DNA of 62,841 nucleotides, the filler included, from Octopus bimaculoides (taxonomy: Eukaryota), in assembly GCF_001194135.2 (NCBI RefSeq). It is 9 parts of 8 records of this genome, joined end to end, with 100 filler letters (N's around TTAATTAATTAA, not from the genome) between each part and the next. Parts side by side here need not be neighbours in the genome. Positions count along the whole stretch, not along the records: positions 36,340 to 41,240 come from NC_068986.1; positions 41,341 to 53,524 come from NC_068996.1; 7 more parts are not named here. One strand, written 5' to 3'. Below are positions 36,431 through 50,018 of this stretch, piece after piece. Under the pieces are notes generated by a model, which was given only the letters and a program-made list of their open reading frames with translations, made no database searches and was not told where the DNA came from. Positions within the stretch are counted from its first letter, which is position 1. Each line of letters opens with the position of its first letter. A program made the translations under genes and the position numbers.

Positions 36431-37009
36431 TCCAGAAATGCATATATATCTGCTAATGTGTGTGTGTATGTGCGTGTGTTTGTGTGTGTATGTGTATTCA
36501 TGTTTGCGCATATATTTCTGTCTGTATGAATATAATCTTCGATCGAAAAAACCACATCGTCCTCCGTTGCTGCTGCTCTCTACGACCCAACATCTGTTCG
36601 TTAGAAGCAGCTGTACTCGAACATAAATTAACTTCCTCCTTGTCTGTGAGTATATTTGTGTATGTAAGCTATAAACACGTGTCTATACATATTTACATTC
36701 ATTATTTAAAACTGTTTACATTCGTTTTCAATATAGCGTATCCGATATTCCCAATTCAGTTTTTTCTTCGTCCCTTTTTTGCAGTAGTGACTTTGTCCGA
36801 CAATGGACTCCACATTGTCAAATCTTCTCCCAATGATTTTACTCCGTTTTCCCTCATTTCTACTATGCCCGTTAAACCTCTCTTATCACTGTTCAAGTCC
36901 CCGATAAAGGGCCCCACCTGAAATGGAATAGTCTACGTTTCACCGAATACAAATATGCTCTATTTTATGTGTTTTCTGCAACGTGTATAATTAGCTATGA
37001 TTGAGATAC

Positions 37010-37383
37010 GTGGCACTCCGTCGGACGACGAGGGTTCCAGGTGATCCTATCAATGGAACAGCCTGCTAGTGAAATTAACGTGCAAGTGACTGAACAGTCC
37101 ACAGACACGTGTACCCTTAACATATTTCTCGGAGAGATTTGGCGTGACAGAGTGTGACAAGTCTGGCCCTTTGAAATATAGGTACAACAGAAACAGGAAG
37201 AAAGTGTGAGAGAAAGTTGTGATGAAAAAGTACAGCAGGGTTCGCCAACACCCCCTGCCGCAGCGTCGTGAAGTTTTAGGTGTTTTCGTTCAATAAACAC
37301 TTACAACGCCCGGTCTGAGAATCGAAACCGCGATCCTACGACCGCGAATCCGCTGCCCTAACTTCTGGGCCATTGCGCCTCCA
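37010..37383 (-). mobile_element. tRNA-derived SINE family C, full length
   Basis: rc head tggaggcgcaatggcccag...ggtttcgattctc; 3' end ggaaccctcgtcgtc.gacggagtgcca; possible decayed 14-bp TSD (atgattgagatacg / acgattcagataag). Confidence 0.85.
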
Positions 37384-38234
37384 CGATTCAGATAAGTATA
37401 CCTGTGATTCTACTGGTGACACGAGTTGGCTAAAACTTGAGCATGCGTACTGGTTTAGCAGATCCGTTAGCATTTGATGAAAATAAGCCTTGATTTATTA
37501 AATGACGACCCTTTATGCCCTGAGCTGAAATCAAGCGGAGGTCAACGTTGTCTTTGATCATTTTGTAGTCGGAAAATAAAGTGCCATTGAAGTTGTGATG
37601 TATATTGTATCGACTGTACCGTCCTTCGATATTTGCTGTTGTGTGTTTCGTTTAGAAATCAATATTAAAACGATGGCATTACGGACATTTTCCACGACAA
37701 ATATTGAATTTCGTATTATCTTGTGAAATAACATAATGAGGTTATTCTATTTCAGGAACGAGAGAAAGAGAGAGGAGGGGGTGAGACAGACAGGCAGAGA
37801 GAGTGAAAGAGAGCGAGAGTCTGACAGATAAAAGGATAGACAGACAGAGTGACAGACAGGCACACAGACTGGCAGAGAGCTTGGCAGACAACTAAATAAA
37901 GTGAGACTTTACTGCTTGGTAATTCTTTCAGTTGTAGGAGTTGTTATTCTACATTATTTTCTGCAGCATTAAAATATTTCGAGAGAGGCAGAATGCTGTA
38001 AATTGGAGAGTAGAATGTGTGAGAATACAGAATGAGTTTTGTATCAACTTATTTTGTACTTTTAGCTGTCCAGTTTTGTTTTGTTCTTGAGGAGCCACAG
38101 CTCCAACTTAGTTCAGTATAGATAATCGCAGCTGAAACGGATCACCGAATTTGACCAACCTGTTCTTCTTCGGACATATAGATACATTCACAGATGGCAA
38201 TGTATATTTTTTTCTTGCTTGTACTAAGCTTGAA

Positions 38235-39283
38235 TTTTACAAAGTTTGAATTGTTTCCAAAGGAATTTTTGTCCATTCTTCAGCTAAAACAGTCTCCAGT
38301 TCATGTAGTGATGATGGTGGATGATATCGACTCCTTACTTGTTTTTCTAAAATGCACTATAATATAAAAGTTCAACAATATTCAGATCTGGGAACTGTGG
38401 TGGTCAGATAAGATGTTCAAGTTCACTAGAATGTTCCTCGTGCCATTCAGTAATATCTTTAGCCGTGTAAATTGATGCATTATCATCCTTAAAGATTGCG
38501 TTTCCCCTCCGGAAACAGTTACGCAACCATAGGATGAATTTCATCTGATAAAATGCTTAAATAGTCTTCATTATTAATTCTGCCATGAAGGGTAACAATT
38601 GGGCCGGTGGACTTCCAAGATATAGACCCCCCCCCCCAGATCATCACAGCTCCTCCTCCATGTTTAATAGTTGGAAGAAGGCAGCCCTGGTCAAATGCTT
38701 CTTTTGGCTGTCTCCACACGTATACTCAGCCGGTTGTCAGAAATAAGGTAAAGGATAACTCGTCCGAGAAAATAACATTCTTCCACTGCTCTAGGGACCA
38801 ATTCTGTAGGTTTTACTCCACTCTAAACGTTTTTTAGCGTTTGTTTTTGAAAGCAGCGGTTTTCTGATTGCATCCCTCCCATAAATTCCGGCTTTGTGCA
38901 GCTCCTGGCGAACAGTTTTTGTGGAAACTGGGTTCTCGAGGTTGTCATTAAGCTCTGCAGTAATTTTGGGAGCGGTAATTTTGTGATTCTTTCTAACAAT
39001 TCGTGTAAGAGTCCGACGGTCCCTATCTGAANNNNNNNNNNNNNNNNNNNNNNNNNNNNNNNNNNNNNNNNNNNNNNNNNNNNNNNNNNNNNNNNNNNNN
39101 NNNNNNNNNNNNNNNNNNNNNNNNNNNNNNNNNNNNNNNNNNNNNNNNNNNNNNNNNNNNNNNNNNNCTGAGATGATATCTGAAAAGAAAAACAAAAATA
39201 AACAGGATTTTGATGGTTTTATAGATATTGCAATATTATGATGTAATGATGCTAGGTGATTCCATTATTTTGTCCAACCCCTG
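38235..39283 (-). mobile_element. Degenerate Tc1-like transposon
   Basis: LSDRDRRTLTRIVRKN..., TIKHGGGAVMIWG, (F)KDDNASIYTAK, PPQFPDLNIVE; TIR tccattattttgtccaacccctg at 39261-39283; 3' end missing. Confidence 0.88.
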
Positions 39284-39288
39284 TTTAC

Positions 39289-39326
<38 letters not shown>

Positions 39327-39360
39327 ATGTATGTATGTATGTATGTGAGTACATATATAT

Positions 39361-39590
39361 GAGAGCGCATGGCCTAGTGATCAGGATGTTGGACTCACGA
39401 TCGAGAGATCGTGGTTTCAATCCCTATACCGAATGGTGCGCTGTGTTCTTGAGCAAAGCAATTAATCTCACGTTGCTGTGCGATCACTTCTACTCCTCAG
39501 GCGTTGCACACAGTGGTGGAGGGAATGAGCGGATCGAACAGTTGATCAGAGTAAACAAGTTACAGGTGCAGGTCATTCAGCGATAGTTGA
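39361..39590 (+). mobile_element. tRNA-derived SINE family D
   Basis: gagagcgcatggcctagtgatcagg...ggtttcaatccc (A/B-box-like), then a ttgagcaa.gca core; single copy here. Confidence 0.55.
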
Positions 39591-39668
39591 ACGCGCATGC
39601 GTCGTCTTCGACTCGAGAGTCATTCATACACACACACACACAAATATATACATATCTATGTATATATG

Positions 39669-39712
<44 letters not shown>

Positions 39713-40758
39713 NNNNNNNNNNNNNNNNNNNNNNNNNNNNNNNNNNNNNNNNNNNNNNNNNNNNNNNNNNNNNNNNNNNNNNNNNNNNNNNNNNNNNNNN
39801 NNNNNNNNNNNNNNNNNNNNNNNNNNNNNNNNNNNNNNNNNNNNNNNNNNNNNNNNNNNNNNNNNNNNNNNNNNNNNNNNNNNNNNNNNNNNNNNNNNNN
39901 NNNNNNNNNNNNNNNNNNNNNNNNNNNNNNNNNNNNNNNNNNNNNNNNNNNNNNNNNNNNNNNNNNNNNNNNNNNNNNNNNNNNNNNNNNNNNNNNNNNN
40001 NNNNNNNNNNNNNNNNNNNNNNNNNNNNNNNNNNNNNNNNNNNNNNNNNNNNNNNNNNNNNNNNNNNNNNNNNNNNNNNNNNNNNNNNNNTATATATATA
40101 TATATATATATGGGTGTGTTTCTGTGTTTGAGTGTGTAAACATAAAATAAAGGAAAACCTGGAAGGAAACACAGTAGATATGTAGCAAATACTATAAAAA
40201 AAAAAGATGAATTCACCTTCAACTTCTCTTTCATTATTTCGTTAAATACAATTAATTGCAAATACAGATATTGCGATCCAATAGAAGGGATTTACGATAC
40301 AGCTGTGGCTTCTGAGAAAAGGGATGCGTTTATCGCTATTACAAATTATTCCCCCTTTACATCTGTTCTTCAAATGTCTAACGTAGCTTCCATATTTGCT
40401 TAATAGATTATCTATTAACGTTTTTTTTGATAAAGTGCTTTCTAATCTGATCGCCGCATCCTCTTAATGCTTGACAACAAATGATGGCAATTTAATTCGC
40501 ATTCCATTTGTTAAATTAATATACAGCGTATAATTTATTTACTAGAATTAATTGTTTATCAAAACAACTTGAGTGACTTTAATCTAATGAAAAATAATCT
40601 TCAACTGTATTATCTTGATGGATATAAATTCGAGATATCGTTGAGATTCTCGGATTGCTCTCTTACTGAATCACTAAACAATGAGATTTGACGATTCTAA
40701 CAGCTAAGATGAACAATGAGAGGAAGAGAAAAAGAGAGGAAATAAGAGATATAAAGAT

Positions 40759-40806
<48 letters not shown>

Positions 40807-40968
40807 CTGAATAACCAATGAGAAAAGTGGAAATGTGTTTGTAATTACTGGCCAATTGGCGATTTTGTGGATACTTTTTGTATTTGAATATTCTATGCAT
40901 ATGAAGTCCTGTTTGGTGGCACAGATCGTTGAGTAACCTTCTAAATCCTATATTTTGCTCTTTTCTTT

Positions 40969-41069
40969 CAGCCGAAACATTGTGTTACCGACAGACAAGA
41001 TGAGGACTAATATCTGTCAAATGTAAATGATGTAAATAATTTACATAATTCCTCATCTCCAAAATATAG
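40969..41069 (+). mobile_element. Dispersed 3' tail of the tRNA/hammerhead element
   Basis: cagccgaaacattgtgtt...gatgaggac.aatatc.gtcaaatgtaaa...cataattcctcatctc matches 33190-33290 (rc) and 33630-33677. Confidence 0.8.
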
Positions 41070-41429
41070 TAATGTGAAATGTTCATTAAAATAATAATAA
41101 CCGAAATCGAAATGATGAGAAACAACCAGTGTATTGGGTGATGTGGTACAATATACAAGACGTGTGCAAGTTCAATATGAATGTAAAAAAAGATACGTGT
41201 GCATGTGTATACACGCACGCAGGCTGGCACACACCTACGTNNNNNNNNNNNNNNNNNNNNNNNNNNNNNNNNNNNNNNNNNNNNTTAATTAATTAANNNN
41301 NNNNNNNNNNNNNNNNNNNNNNNNNNNNNNNNNNNNNNNNCGATAAAGGTTTTTTCATACTGAACTACTTGGCAGAATTGTTAATTGTTAATTCTATTAT
41401 TAATTGACGATTCTCTGCCCTTATTCTTG

Positions 41430-41476
<47 letters not shown>

Positions 41477-41689
41477 TTTATATATATATATATATGTTTT
41501 TATATATTTATTTTTAAATCTTCAAATTGTTTCATCTTCAAAGCTGCAGTAAGGCCGGTGTACCACATATATAAAAAGAACATAAATGGCATTCAAAATT
41601 TTATTGATGTACTCATAGACTACATCATAGCATATAAACCACCATTTTCATGTAAAATTCCAAACAGATACCTTTCTCTTTGATTTTTA

Positions 41690-43600
41690 AGAAATATTCA
41701 CATCAGTAGAACAGATAACCACTATGACAGTACATACTCTTTCTCGTTTGTCTCAAACAATAAAAACCGGCCTGCTATGTTTACAGATGTTTTGATGGGC
41801 ATGTTCGACCAGCATTCCTTGTGTACGTGGTCTGATCATATACGAACTGTTGCTATAGTAACGAAGCTAAAGCATGGAGAGTGAGACCGCTTGACACATA
41901 TTGACCTTGAACTCTGTTGTGCATGCGCACTAAATTTTAACGTTCTAGCTCACTTCCGTTGTTTACAGCAGTACTTGGAAGGAAGGTGTGTAACGTGTGA
42001 TCGTCTCATTGACCATGACAGAGAAAGTTGAGCAGAAAATCTGTATTAAATCTTGCCAAAGGCTTGACGATACCTACTCAAAAACCTATGAAAAGTTTTC
42101 ATCGTTCTCGACACAATCAAAGAGATCTTGTGCAACTGAAACCCGACTGTCTTTTTGGTCAGTTGAAAGCAGTTTTGGCACAAACTTGGCAGACATGCAC
42201 CTCATACCCAAATCTTCAGTGATTATGGACTGAACTGTAACTAATTTGCACATCCTCGGACAACTCACAGATGATGATTCGACGATTTCCCTCACAGCAG
42301 CACGCACATCTGCGATGTTTTTCTCAGTCCTGTTGGTTGCGAGTCTCCCAGAACATTCGTCAATATCGACATTTTATCGGCCATCTTGGAAACGTCTGAA
42401 CCACTGTTACACTTGTGTGCGGTTCATACACTCCTCTCCATACACTTTCTGCAACTTTGCGTAGGCCTCTGAGCAGGTATCGCCATGACAACTTTCTTGG
42501 TCATGGTCAATGCGACAAACACACGCTACACACCTTCCTTCCAAGCACTGCTGTAAACAGCGGAAGTGAGCTAGAACGTTAAAATTCAGTGCTCATGCAC
42601 AGCAGATTTCAAGGTCAATCTTTGCCTAGCGGTTTCACTGTACGTGCTTTAGCTTTGATATTATGGCAACAGCCCGGATACTTATTGATCAAACCTCGTA
42701 TGTGTTCAATAACAGGGGCATTCTCTATATTTATTCCAGGACAGTCTTTTTTCCCAATGGCATTGTATATTGTTTTTGCGACGACATATGGTATAAGAGG
42801 TAGGACGTTGATGATATTTTTAGCAGCGGCTAATCACGTGTGATGTTTTCCACAGAAATATGACAATTTACATTTTCATATGCATCTTGAAACTCCAAGG
42901 GCTTCATTTACTCTTTTGTTGATTAGGTATTTGGTAGCAATATCCTGTTCTGGGATTGAAAATGTCATGTAGCGGTCAGGAGTCCAGGATAAGCATCGCT
43001 TCATGTCGATATGAGTGCCTACTTCAAGCCAACTGAAAACATATCCATGCATAATCTTTTTATGTCTTGTTTTTGGTATGCTGAGCGTTTCACCTCCAGG
43101 TATGCTTGTCCGCTGATTTGGAGGTGTATGGGAGATCATCAGGAAGTTAGTGTTTCTTGAGGAGCTTGCTGCCGACACATGAAATATTGTTTTTTTCACT
43201 TTTCTGCACTAAGTTAATGCATTTATTTTTGTTGTTTAGCAAGTGCTGTCTGAGAGAGACTATGCGAAATTCGAACATTGTCTGCTCCAATCTCAAGCCC
43301 TTACCTCCTTTATCAGTATTTTTTGGAGATTTCCAGTTGCTAGTTTTAACGTCTACAGAATGAATTTCTTCTACAGACAAGTCAAATATCCCAAATATAG
43401 GGATAAACCCTTGTACAGGAAATGCATTGTGGGATATTGTTTTGCAAGAGGAGAGTTCCGACTGCCATATTTTATTAAGTTTGGCATAATATTCTTGGGT
43501 CCCTCTATCTTTATCCAGTACCTTTGTATGATATATTTTCATCAATGCCCAGGTGCTTGTAGCATTCATTGTGTGGGACACGTAAGACAGTGAGGCCACT
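41690..43600 (-). mobile_element. REL-type LINE 3' half interrupted by a mariner
   Basis: RT C-terminal part (43130-43560), CCHC knuckle (KCKL..ISVENITHVISRC), and REL region continuing on the far side of the mariner (HKECWSNMPIKTS...HSRPVFIV*DKRERVCTVIVVICSTDVNIS). Confidence 0.8.
41826..42698. mobile_element. Fold-back mariner made of two inverted 5' ends, TA target duplication
   Basis: TA at 41824-25 and 42699-700; ~200-270-bp inverted arms; left arm MTEKVEQKICIK (+), right arm N-terminal half of the transposase (-) up to VSVAQDLFDCVENDENF. Confidence 0.85.
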
Positions 43601-43610
43601 CATGCACAGA

Positions 43611-43895
43611 TTTTTTCCCAATGGCATTGTATATTGTTTTTGCGACGTCATATGGTATAAGAGGTAGGACGTTGATGATATTTTTGGCAGCGGCTAATCA
43701 CGTGTGATGTTTTCCACAGAAATATGACAATTTACATTTTCATATGCATCTTGAAACTCCAAGGGCTTCATTTACTCTTTTGTTGATTAGGTATTTGGTA
43801 GCAATATCCTGTTCTGGGATTGAAAATGTCATGTAGCGGTCAGGAGTCCAGGATAAGCATCGCTTCATGTCGATATGAGTGCCTTCTTCAAGCCA
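43611..43895. repeat. 285-bp direct duplicate of 42747-43031
   Basis: Three substitutions seen; no gap between the copies. Confidence 0.9.
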
Positions 43896-43992
43896 GGGGA
43901 CTGATTTTCAACAATAAAATGCGAACATGCGTTTGTTTGTGTGTGTACGTGTGTACACAAATGCATATAGAGAGAGAAAGAGAAAGAGAGAA

Positions 43993-44028
<36 letters not shown>

Positions 44029-44456
44029 GAAGAGAGAGAAGGGGAGAGAGAGAGTGAGAGTAAGTAAGTGATGGGAGATATTTGCACACCCATACTCCAG
44101 ACTGGAAGGCTGGAGAGTCCGTATAAACATGCTACACACGTATCTGTTATTATGCTTGCTACTGTTTTTACGCATGCGCGTCTGTGAGTGTTATCTGAAC
44201 GTGTGGTTGAAAATGTCTGTTGATTTAGGGAAAAACCCTTCCTCACCTCCACATGCATTTATGTATGTATACACACAAATATCTGTCTGTCTGTCTGTTT
44301 GTCTGTCTATATGTCTGTCTCTCTGTCTGTCTGTATATTTGTCTGTCTGTATATTTGTCTGTCTGTATATTTGTCTGTCTATCCATCTATTTATCAATCT
44401 AGAGGTCTCTCTTTCTCTCCCTCTTTCTAACTACACGCACGCACAAACACATACTA

Positions 44457-44495
<39 letters not shown>

Positions 44496-44902
44496 TACAC
44501 ACTCACACGTGTATTTTAGTATATGTATGCATGGCTGTATGAGGTTTCGTGTGCGCATGAGACGCGGCGTTCGTTCTAAGACAAAATGCAGCTCACACAC
44601 ACACACACACACGCACGCACGCACACTCACACACACACACGCACACCCATACACGTACATACACACACAGAGTCTCTTTATTTTATGGACGCTGGATATA
44701 ATGTTGTCTGTAAAGCATTGTAACCGCACCCATATCAGTGGGATGCTGTCTTGAGTAGATCTGAGTAATGTCACTGGAGAAGACACAAACAAACCATTAT
44801 TTTTTTTTCGTTTTTGGCAGGAAAAGTAAAAAAAAAAATCACATGACTAAAACTAAAAGAAGAAAATCATAAAACAACAAAACAAATCTCAGCAATATAT
44901 GT

Positions 44903-44946
<44 letters not shown>

Positions 44947-45884
44947 NNNNNNNNNNNNNNNNNNNNNNNNNNNNNNNNNNNNNNNNNNNNNNNNNNNNNN
45001 NNNNNNNNNNNNNNNNNNNNNNNNNNNNNNNNNNNNNNNNNNNNNNNNNNNNNNNNNNNNNNNNNNNNNNNNNNNNNNNNNNNNNNNNNNNNNNNNNNNN
45101 NNNNNNNNNNNNNNNNNNNNNNNNNNNNNNNNNNNNNNNNNNNNNNNNNNNNNNNNNNNNNNNNNNNNNNNNNNNNNNNNNNNNNNNNNNNNNNNNNNNN
45201 NNNNNNNNNNNNNNNNNNNNNNNNNNNNNNNNNNNNNNNNNNNNNNNNNNNNNNNNNNNNNNNNNNNNNNNNNNNNNNNNNNNNNNNNNNNNNNNNNNNN
45301 NNNNNNNNNNNNNNNNNNNNNNNNNNNNNNNNNNNNNNNNNNNNNNNNNNNNNNNNNNNNNNNNNNNNNNNNNNNNNNNNNNNNNNNNNNNNNNNNNNNN
45401 NNNNNNNNNNNNNNNNNNNNNNNNNNNNNNNNNNNNNNNNNNNNNNNNNNNNNNNNNNNNNNNNNNNNNNNNNNNNNNNNNNNNNNNNNNNNNNNNNNNN
45501 NNNNNNNNNNNNNNNNNNNNNNNNNNNNNNNNNNNNNNNNNNNNNNNNNNNNNNNNNNNNNNNNNNNNNNNNNNNNNNNNNNNNNNNNNNNNNNNNNNNN
45601 NNCACACAGAGTCTCTTTATTTTATGGACGCTGGATATAATGTTGTCTGTAAAGCATTGTAACCGCACCCATATCAGTGGGATGCTGTCTTGAGTAGATC
45701 TGAGTAATGTCACTGGAGAAGACACAAACAAACCATTATTTTTTTTTCGTTTTTGGCAGGAAAAGTAAAAAAAAAAATCACATGACTAAAACTAAAAGAA
45801 GAAAATCATAAAACAACAAAACAAATCTCAGCAATATATGTGTGTATGTGTGTGTGTGTCAGTTTGAATATATGTATGTACATA

Positions 45885-46360
45885 CAGGGGTTGGACAAAA
45901 TAATGGAAACACCTTAAAATTTCAAACAAATTTATTTTAATATGGAGTAGGGCCTCAATTCACGTAAGAGTCCGATGGTCCCTATCTGAAAGTTTTGGTT
46001 TTCTTCCGGAGTTTTGTTTCGACGAGGAAGTTTTTCTCTCTTTCTCAAAGGTTGTCATTACTTTCGAGACAGTACTTCTTGATACAGCAAACATTTCGGC
46101 TGTTTTCGTTACGCTAGCACCTGCCATACGAGCACCAACAATTTGACCTTTTTGAAAATCCGATAGATCTGTCATGTTAATGAATTTTGATTACCTATTT
46201 CTGATGATATCTGAAAAGAAACAGCAATTTTAACAAAATGTATTAAGCAACACTAACAATCAAAAGACATAAAAATAAACAAGCTTTTGACGGTTTTATA
46301 GATATTTCAAAATTATGATGCTATGATGCTAGGTGTTTCCATTATTTTGTTCAAGCCCTG
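45885..46360 (-). mobile_element. 476-bp non-autonomous Tc1 deletion derivative with both TIRs and TA TSD
   Basis: TA-caggggttggacaaaataatggaaacacct...aggtgtttccattattttgttcaagccctg-TA; encodes the N-terminal 71 aa (MTDLSDFQKGQIVGARMAGAS...) next to the final GPTPY* codons. Confidence 0.92.
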
Positions 46361-47348
46361 TATATGTATATGTGTATATGTGTACATGTATATATGTATA
46401 TAGAATATTGTGAATAGATAAACATACTAATTTCTTATGTAAATTGTATTACAATATAATTCTATGTTAGCTGTAATTATTTAAATTGAATAGTAAATTT
46501 TAATTTGAAGGAATAATAAAACTATTGAAAAGGTTGCAAGACGCGAGGAAAATTTTAGAAAAATTAAAAAGATATTAAGTGGAAATTTTACCGGTGAGTG
46601 TGTTAGATTATAAGGCACCAAAAGAGAATGACTCTCCCCAGACACAACAGAATAATTATATAATTATATATTTATTTACTATCTAATCTATAGATTTATA
46701 TATATTTATGTAAATATATATGGGGGAGTATATAGGGATACATATGTATATATATGAAAGAATAACTAATTATTTGTTAATTATTTATTTATTTATTTAA
46801 AAAAAATATATTTAGGTAAATGTATACTAACAGATATATAATGTATTTCATGTGTATATATGTATAGGTGTGTCTATGTATATGTGTCTATGTATATGTC
46901 TATATATATGTATATTTGTATACATATATATATATATTTGTATACATGTATATTTGTATATATGTGTGTGTGTGCGCGCATGTGTGTATATATATGTATA
47001 TTTGTGCATATCTGTATGTATATGAATTCATGTACATATTACTTAATGGATCATTACTTAATTAAGGAATATAAATAACGAAATAAATTGGTAAGTAATC
47101 AAATTAATTAACAGATACATAATGTTGTGGTAAAACTCTAACGTTATGGATGATGACGTGAACGCAGTTTTTCTTGTAATGTTTTACCTATTTTTATCAC
47201 GTGATCCTCATTTTTGATGCAATTGAATTTTGAAAAAAAAAAAATTTATTGGGACTGACTGATTAGTAAGTTTAAATTGATATATTAATAGGGATATTTA
47301 TGATAATTCGGTGAATTACTAACTAAATTTAGTATTATATCATAGATA

Positions 47349-47517
47349 GGCGCAGGAGTGGCTGTGTGGTAAGTAGCTTGCTTACCAACGACATGGTTCT
47401 GGGTTCAGTCCCAATGCGTGGCACCTTGGGCAAGTGTCTTCTACTATAGCTTCGGGTCGACCAAAGCCTTGTGAATTGATTTGGTAGGCGGAAAGAAGCC
47501 CGTCGCATATTTATATA
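47349..47517 (+). mobile_element. SINE family B, 5' half
   Basis: Near-identical to the head at 21542. Confidence 0.85.
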
Positions 47518-48356
47518 NNNNNNNNNNNNNNNNNNNNNNNNNNNNNNNNNNNNNNNNNNNNNNNNNNNNNNNNNNNNNNNNNNNNNNNNNNNNNNNNNNN
47601 NNNNNNNNNNNNNNNNNNNNNNNNNNNNNNNNNNNNNNNNNNNNNNNNNNNNNNNNNNNNNNNNNNNNNNNNNNNNNNNNNNNNNNNNNNNNNNNNNNNN
47701 NNNNNNNNNNNNNNNNNNNNNNNNNNNNNNNNNNNNNNNNNNNNNNNNNNNNNNNNNNNNNNNNNNNNNNNNNNNNNNNNNNNNNNNNNNNNNNNNNNNN
47801 NNNNNNNNNNNNNNNNNNNNNNNNNNNNNNNNNNNNNNNNNNNNNNNNNNNNNNNNNNNNNNNNNNNNNNNNNNNNNNNNNNNNNNNNNNNNNNNNNNNN
47901 NNNNNNNNNNNNNNNNNNNNNNNNNNNNNNNNNNNNNNNNNNNNNNNNNNNNNNNNNNNNNNNNNNNNNNNNNNNNNNNNNNNNNNNNNNNNNNNNNNNN
48001 NNNNNNNNNNNNNNNNNNNNNNNNNNNNNNNNNNNNNNNNNNNNNNNNNNNNNNNNNNNNNNNNNNNNNNNNNNNNNNNNNNNNNNNNNNNNNNNNNNNN
48101 NNNNNNNNNNNNNNNNNNNNNNNNNNNNNNNNNNNNNNNNNNNNNNNNNNNNNNNNNNNNNNNNNNNNNNNNNNNNNNNNNNNNNNNNNNNNNNNNNNNN
48201 NNNNNNNNNNNNNNNNNNNNNNNNNNNNNNNNNNNNNNNNNNNNNNNNNNNNNNNNNNNNNNNNNNNNNNNNNNNNNNNNNNNNNNNNNNAAAATGGAGA
48301 TTTATGACTGACACATTTTTATTTATTAACATAATATATATATATATATATATATC

Positions 48357-48389
<33 letters not shown>

Positions 48390-48505
48390 TAAATAATATA
48401 TAAATATATGCATATATCCATACATATATGTACATATATATATGTATATATATATGTGTGTGTGTGTGTGTGTGAGTGTGTGTGTGTGTGTGTGTATACA
48501 CACAC

Positions 48506-48830
48506 AGGCATGTCCGTGTGGTAAGAAGTTTGCTTCGCAACCACTTGGTTCTGGGTTCAGTCATACTGCTTGACACCTTGAGCAAGTATCACCTACTATA
48601 ACATCGGGCTGACCAAAGCTTTGTGAGCATGTCTAATAGACGGAAAATGAATGAAGCTCACCGCGTATATATACATATATATATNNNNNNNNNNTACGTC
48701 CCCGTAACTTAGCGGTTCGGCAAAAGCGACCGATAGGATAAGTATTAGGCTTACAAAGAATAAGTCCTAGCGACTTTAGGCAGTGCTCCAGCACGGCTGA
48801 AGTTCGAAATGACTGAAACAGGCAAAAGAA
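48506..48830 (+). mobile_element. SINE family B, diverged full copy
   Basis: Head, microsatellite/gap and 3' body. Confidence 0.75.
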
Positions 48831-49139
48831 TATTTAGCCATGATTAACAGCGGGTTGCTTTTATTTTATGATACTAGTGAAAATAAGGATTTTTATCTGA
48901 ATGATTTGTCTGAATAACATGTATTTTTCCTAATAGAATGGAAAAATAAAAGAGATATTTCTTATTTCGCCATTAATTCTAAGCATATAAGATTATTATT
49001 GGGTCTGAATTGAAATAATTGTAGGATTATAATAGTTATATTTATTTTATATTATAATAACAATGTGGTATTAATATTATTGTAGTATTATGTTAATAAA
49101 TAAAAATGTGTCAGTCATAAATCTCCATTTTCTTTTCAT

Positions 49140-49177
<38 letters not shown>

Positions 49178-49844
49178 ATGAAAAGAAAATGGAGATTTAT
49201 GACTGACACATTTTTATTTANNNNNNNNNNNNNNNNNNNNNNNNNNNNNNNNNNNNNNNNNNNNNNNNNNNNNNNNNNNNNNNNNNNNNNNNNNNNNNNN
49301 NNNNNNNNNNNNNNNNNNNNNNNNNNNNNNNNNNNNNNNNNNNNNNNNNNNNNNNNNNNNNNNNNNNNNNNNNNNNNNNNNNNNNNNNNNNNNNNNNNNN
49401 NNNNNNNNNNNNNNNNNNNNNNNNNNNNNNNNNNNNNNNNNNNNNNNNNNNNNNNNNNNNNNNNNNNNNNNNNNNNNNNNNNNNNNNNNNNNNNNNNNNN
49501 NNNNNNNNNNNNNNNNNNNNNNNNNNNNNNNNNNNNNNNNNNNNNNNNNNNNNNNNNNNNNNNNNNNNNNNNNNNNNNNNNNNNNNNNNNNNNNNNNNNN
49601 NNNNNNNNNNNNNNNNNNNNNNNNNNNNNNNNNNNNNNNNNNNNNNNNNNNNNNNNNNNNNNNNNNNNNNNNNNNNNNNNNNNNNNNNNNNNNNNNNNNN
49701 NNNNNNNNNNNNNNNNNNNNNNNNNNNNNNNNNNNNNNNNNNNNNNNNNNNNNNNNNNNNNNNNNNNNNNNNNNNNNNNNNNNNNNNNNNNNNNTATATA
49801 TATATATATATGTATATATGTGTGCATATGTGTGTCTCAGTGTA

Positions 49845-50018
49845 TGTGTTTGTCCTCAACTTACCACTCGGTAACTAGTGCTGGTGTGTTTACGACCTCA
49901 ATAGAATAAGTACCATGCTTTTAAAAAACAATTCCTGGGTTCGATTCATTCGGCTAAAAAATACCTACAAGGTAGTGCCCCAGCATGGCCGCAGTATAAA
50001 GACTGAAACACATAAGAA
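49845..50018 (+). mobile_element. SINE family B, 3' half
   Basis: ggtgtgtttacg...aataagtacc...ccccagcatggccgcag. Confidence 0.65.

Noticed and set aside
37300-37385. tRNA-like sequences here and at 21542, 33411, 39361, 47349
   Set aside because: A/B boxes without a complete cloverleaf, each attached to a repeat body; SINE heads, not tRNA genes.
44665-45860. ~270-bp identical direct repeat on both sides of a gap
   Set aside because: Typical unmerged contig overlap. The same applies to 55485/55911, 58920/58972 and 59233/59273.
49090-49220. Perfect inverted repeat around (TA)n, with a third copy at 48291
   Set aside because: Identical arms around a self-complementary microsatellite next to gaps; most likely an assembly flip.
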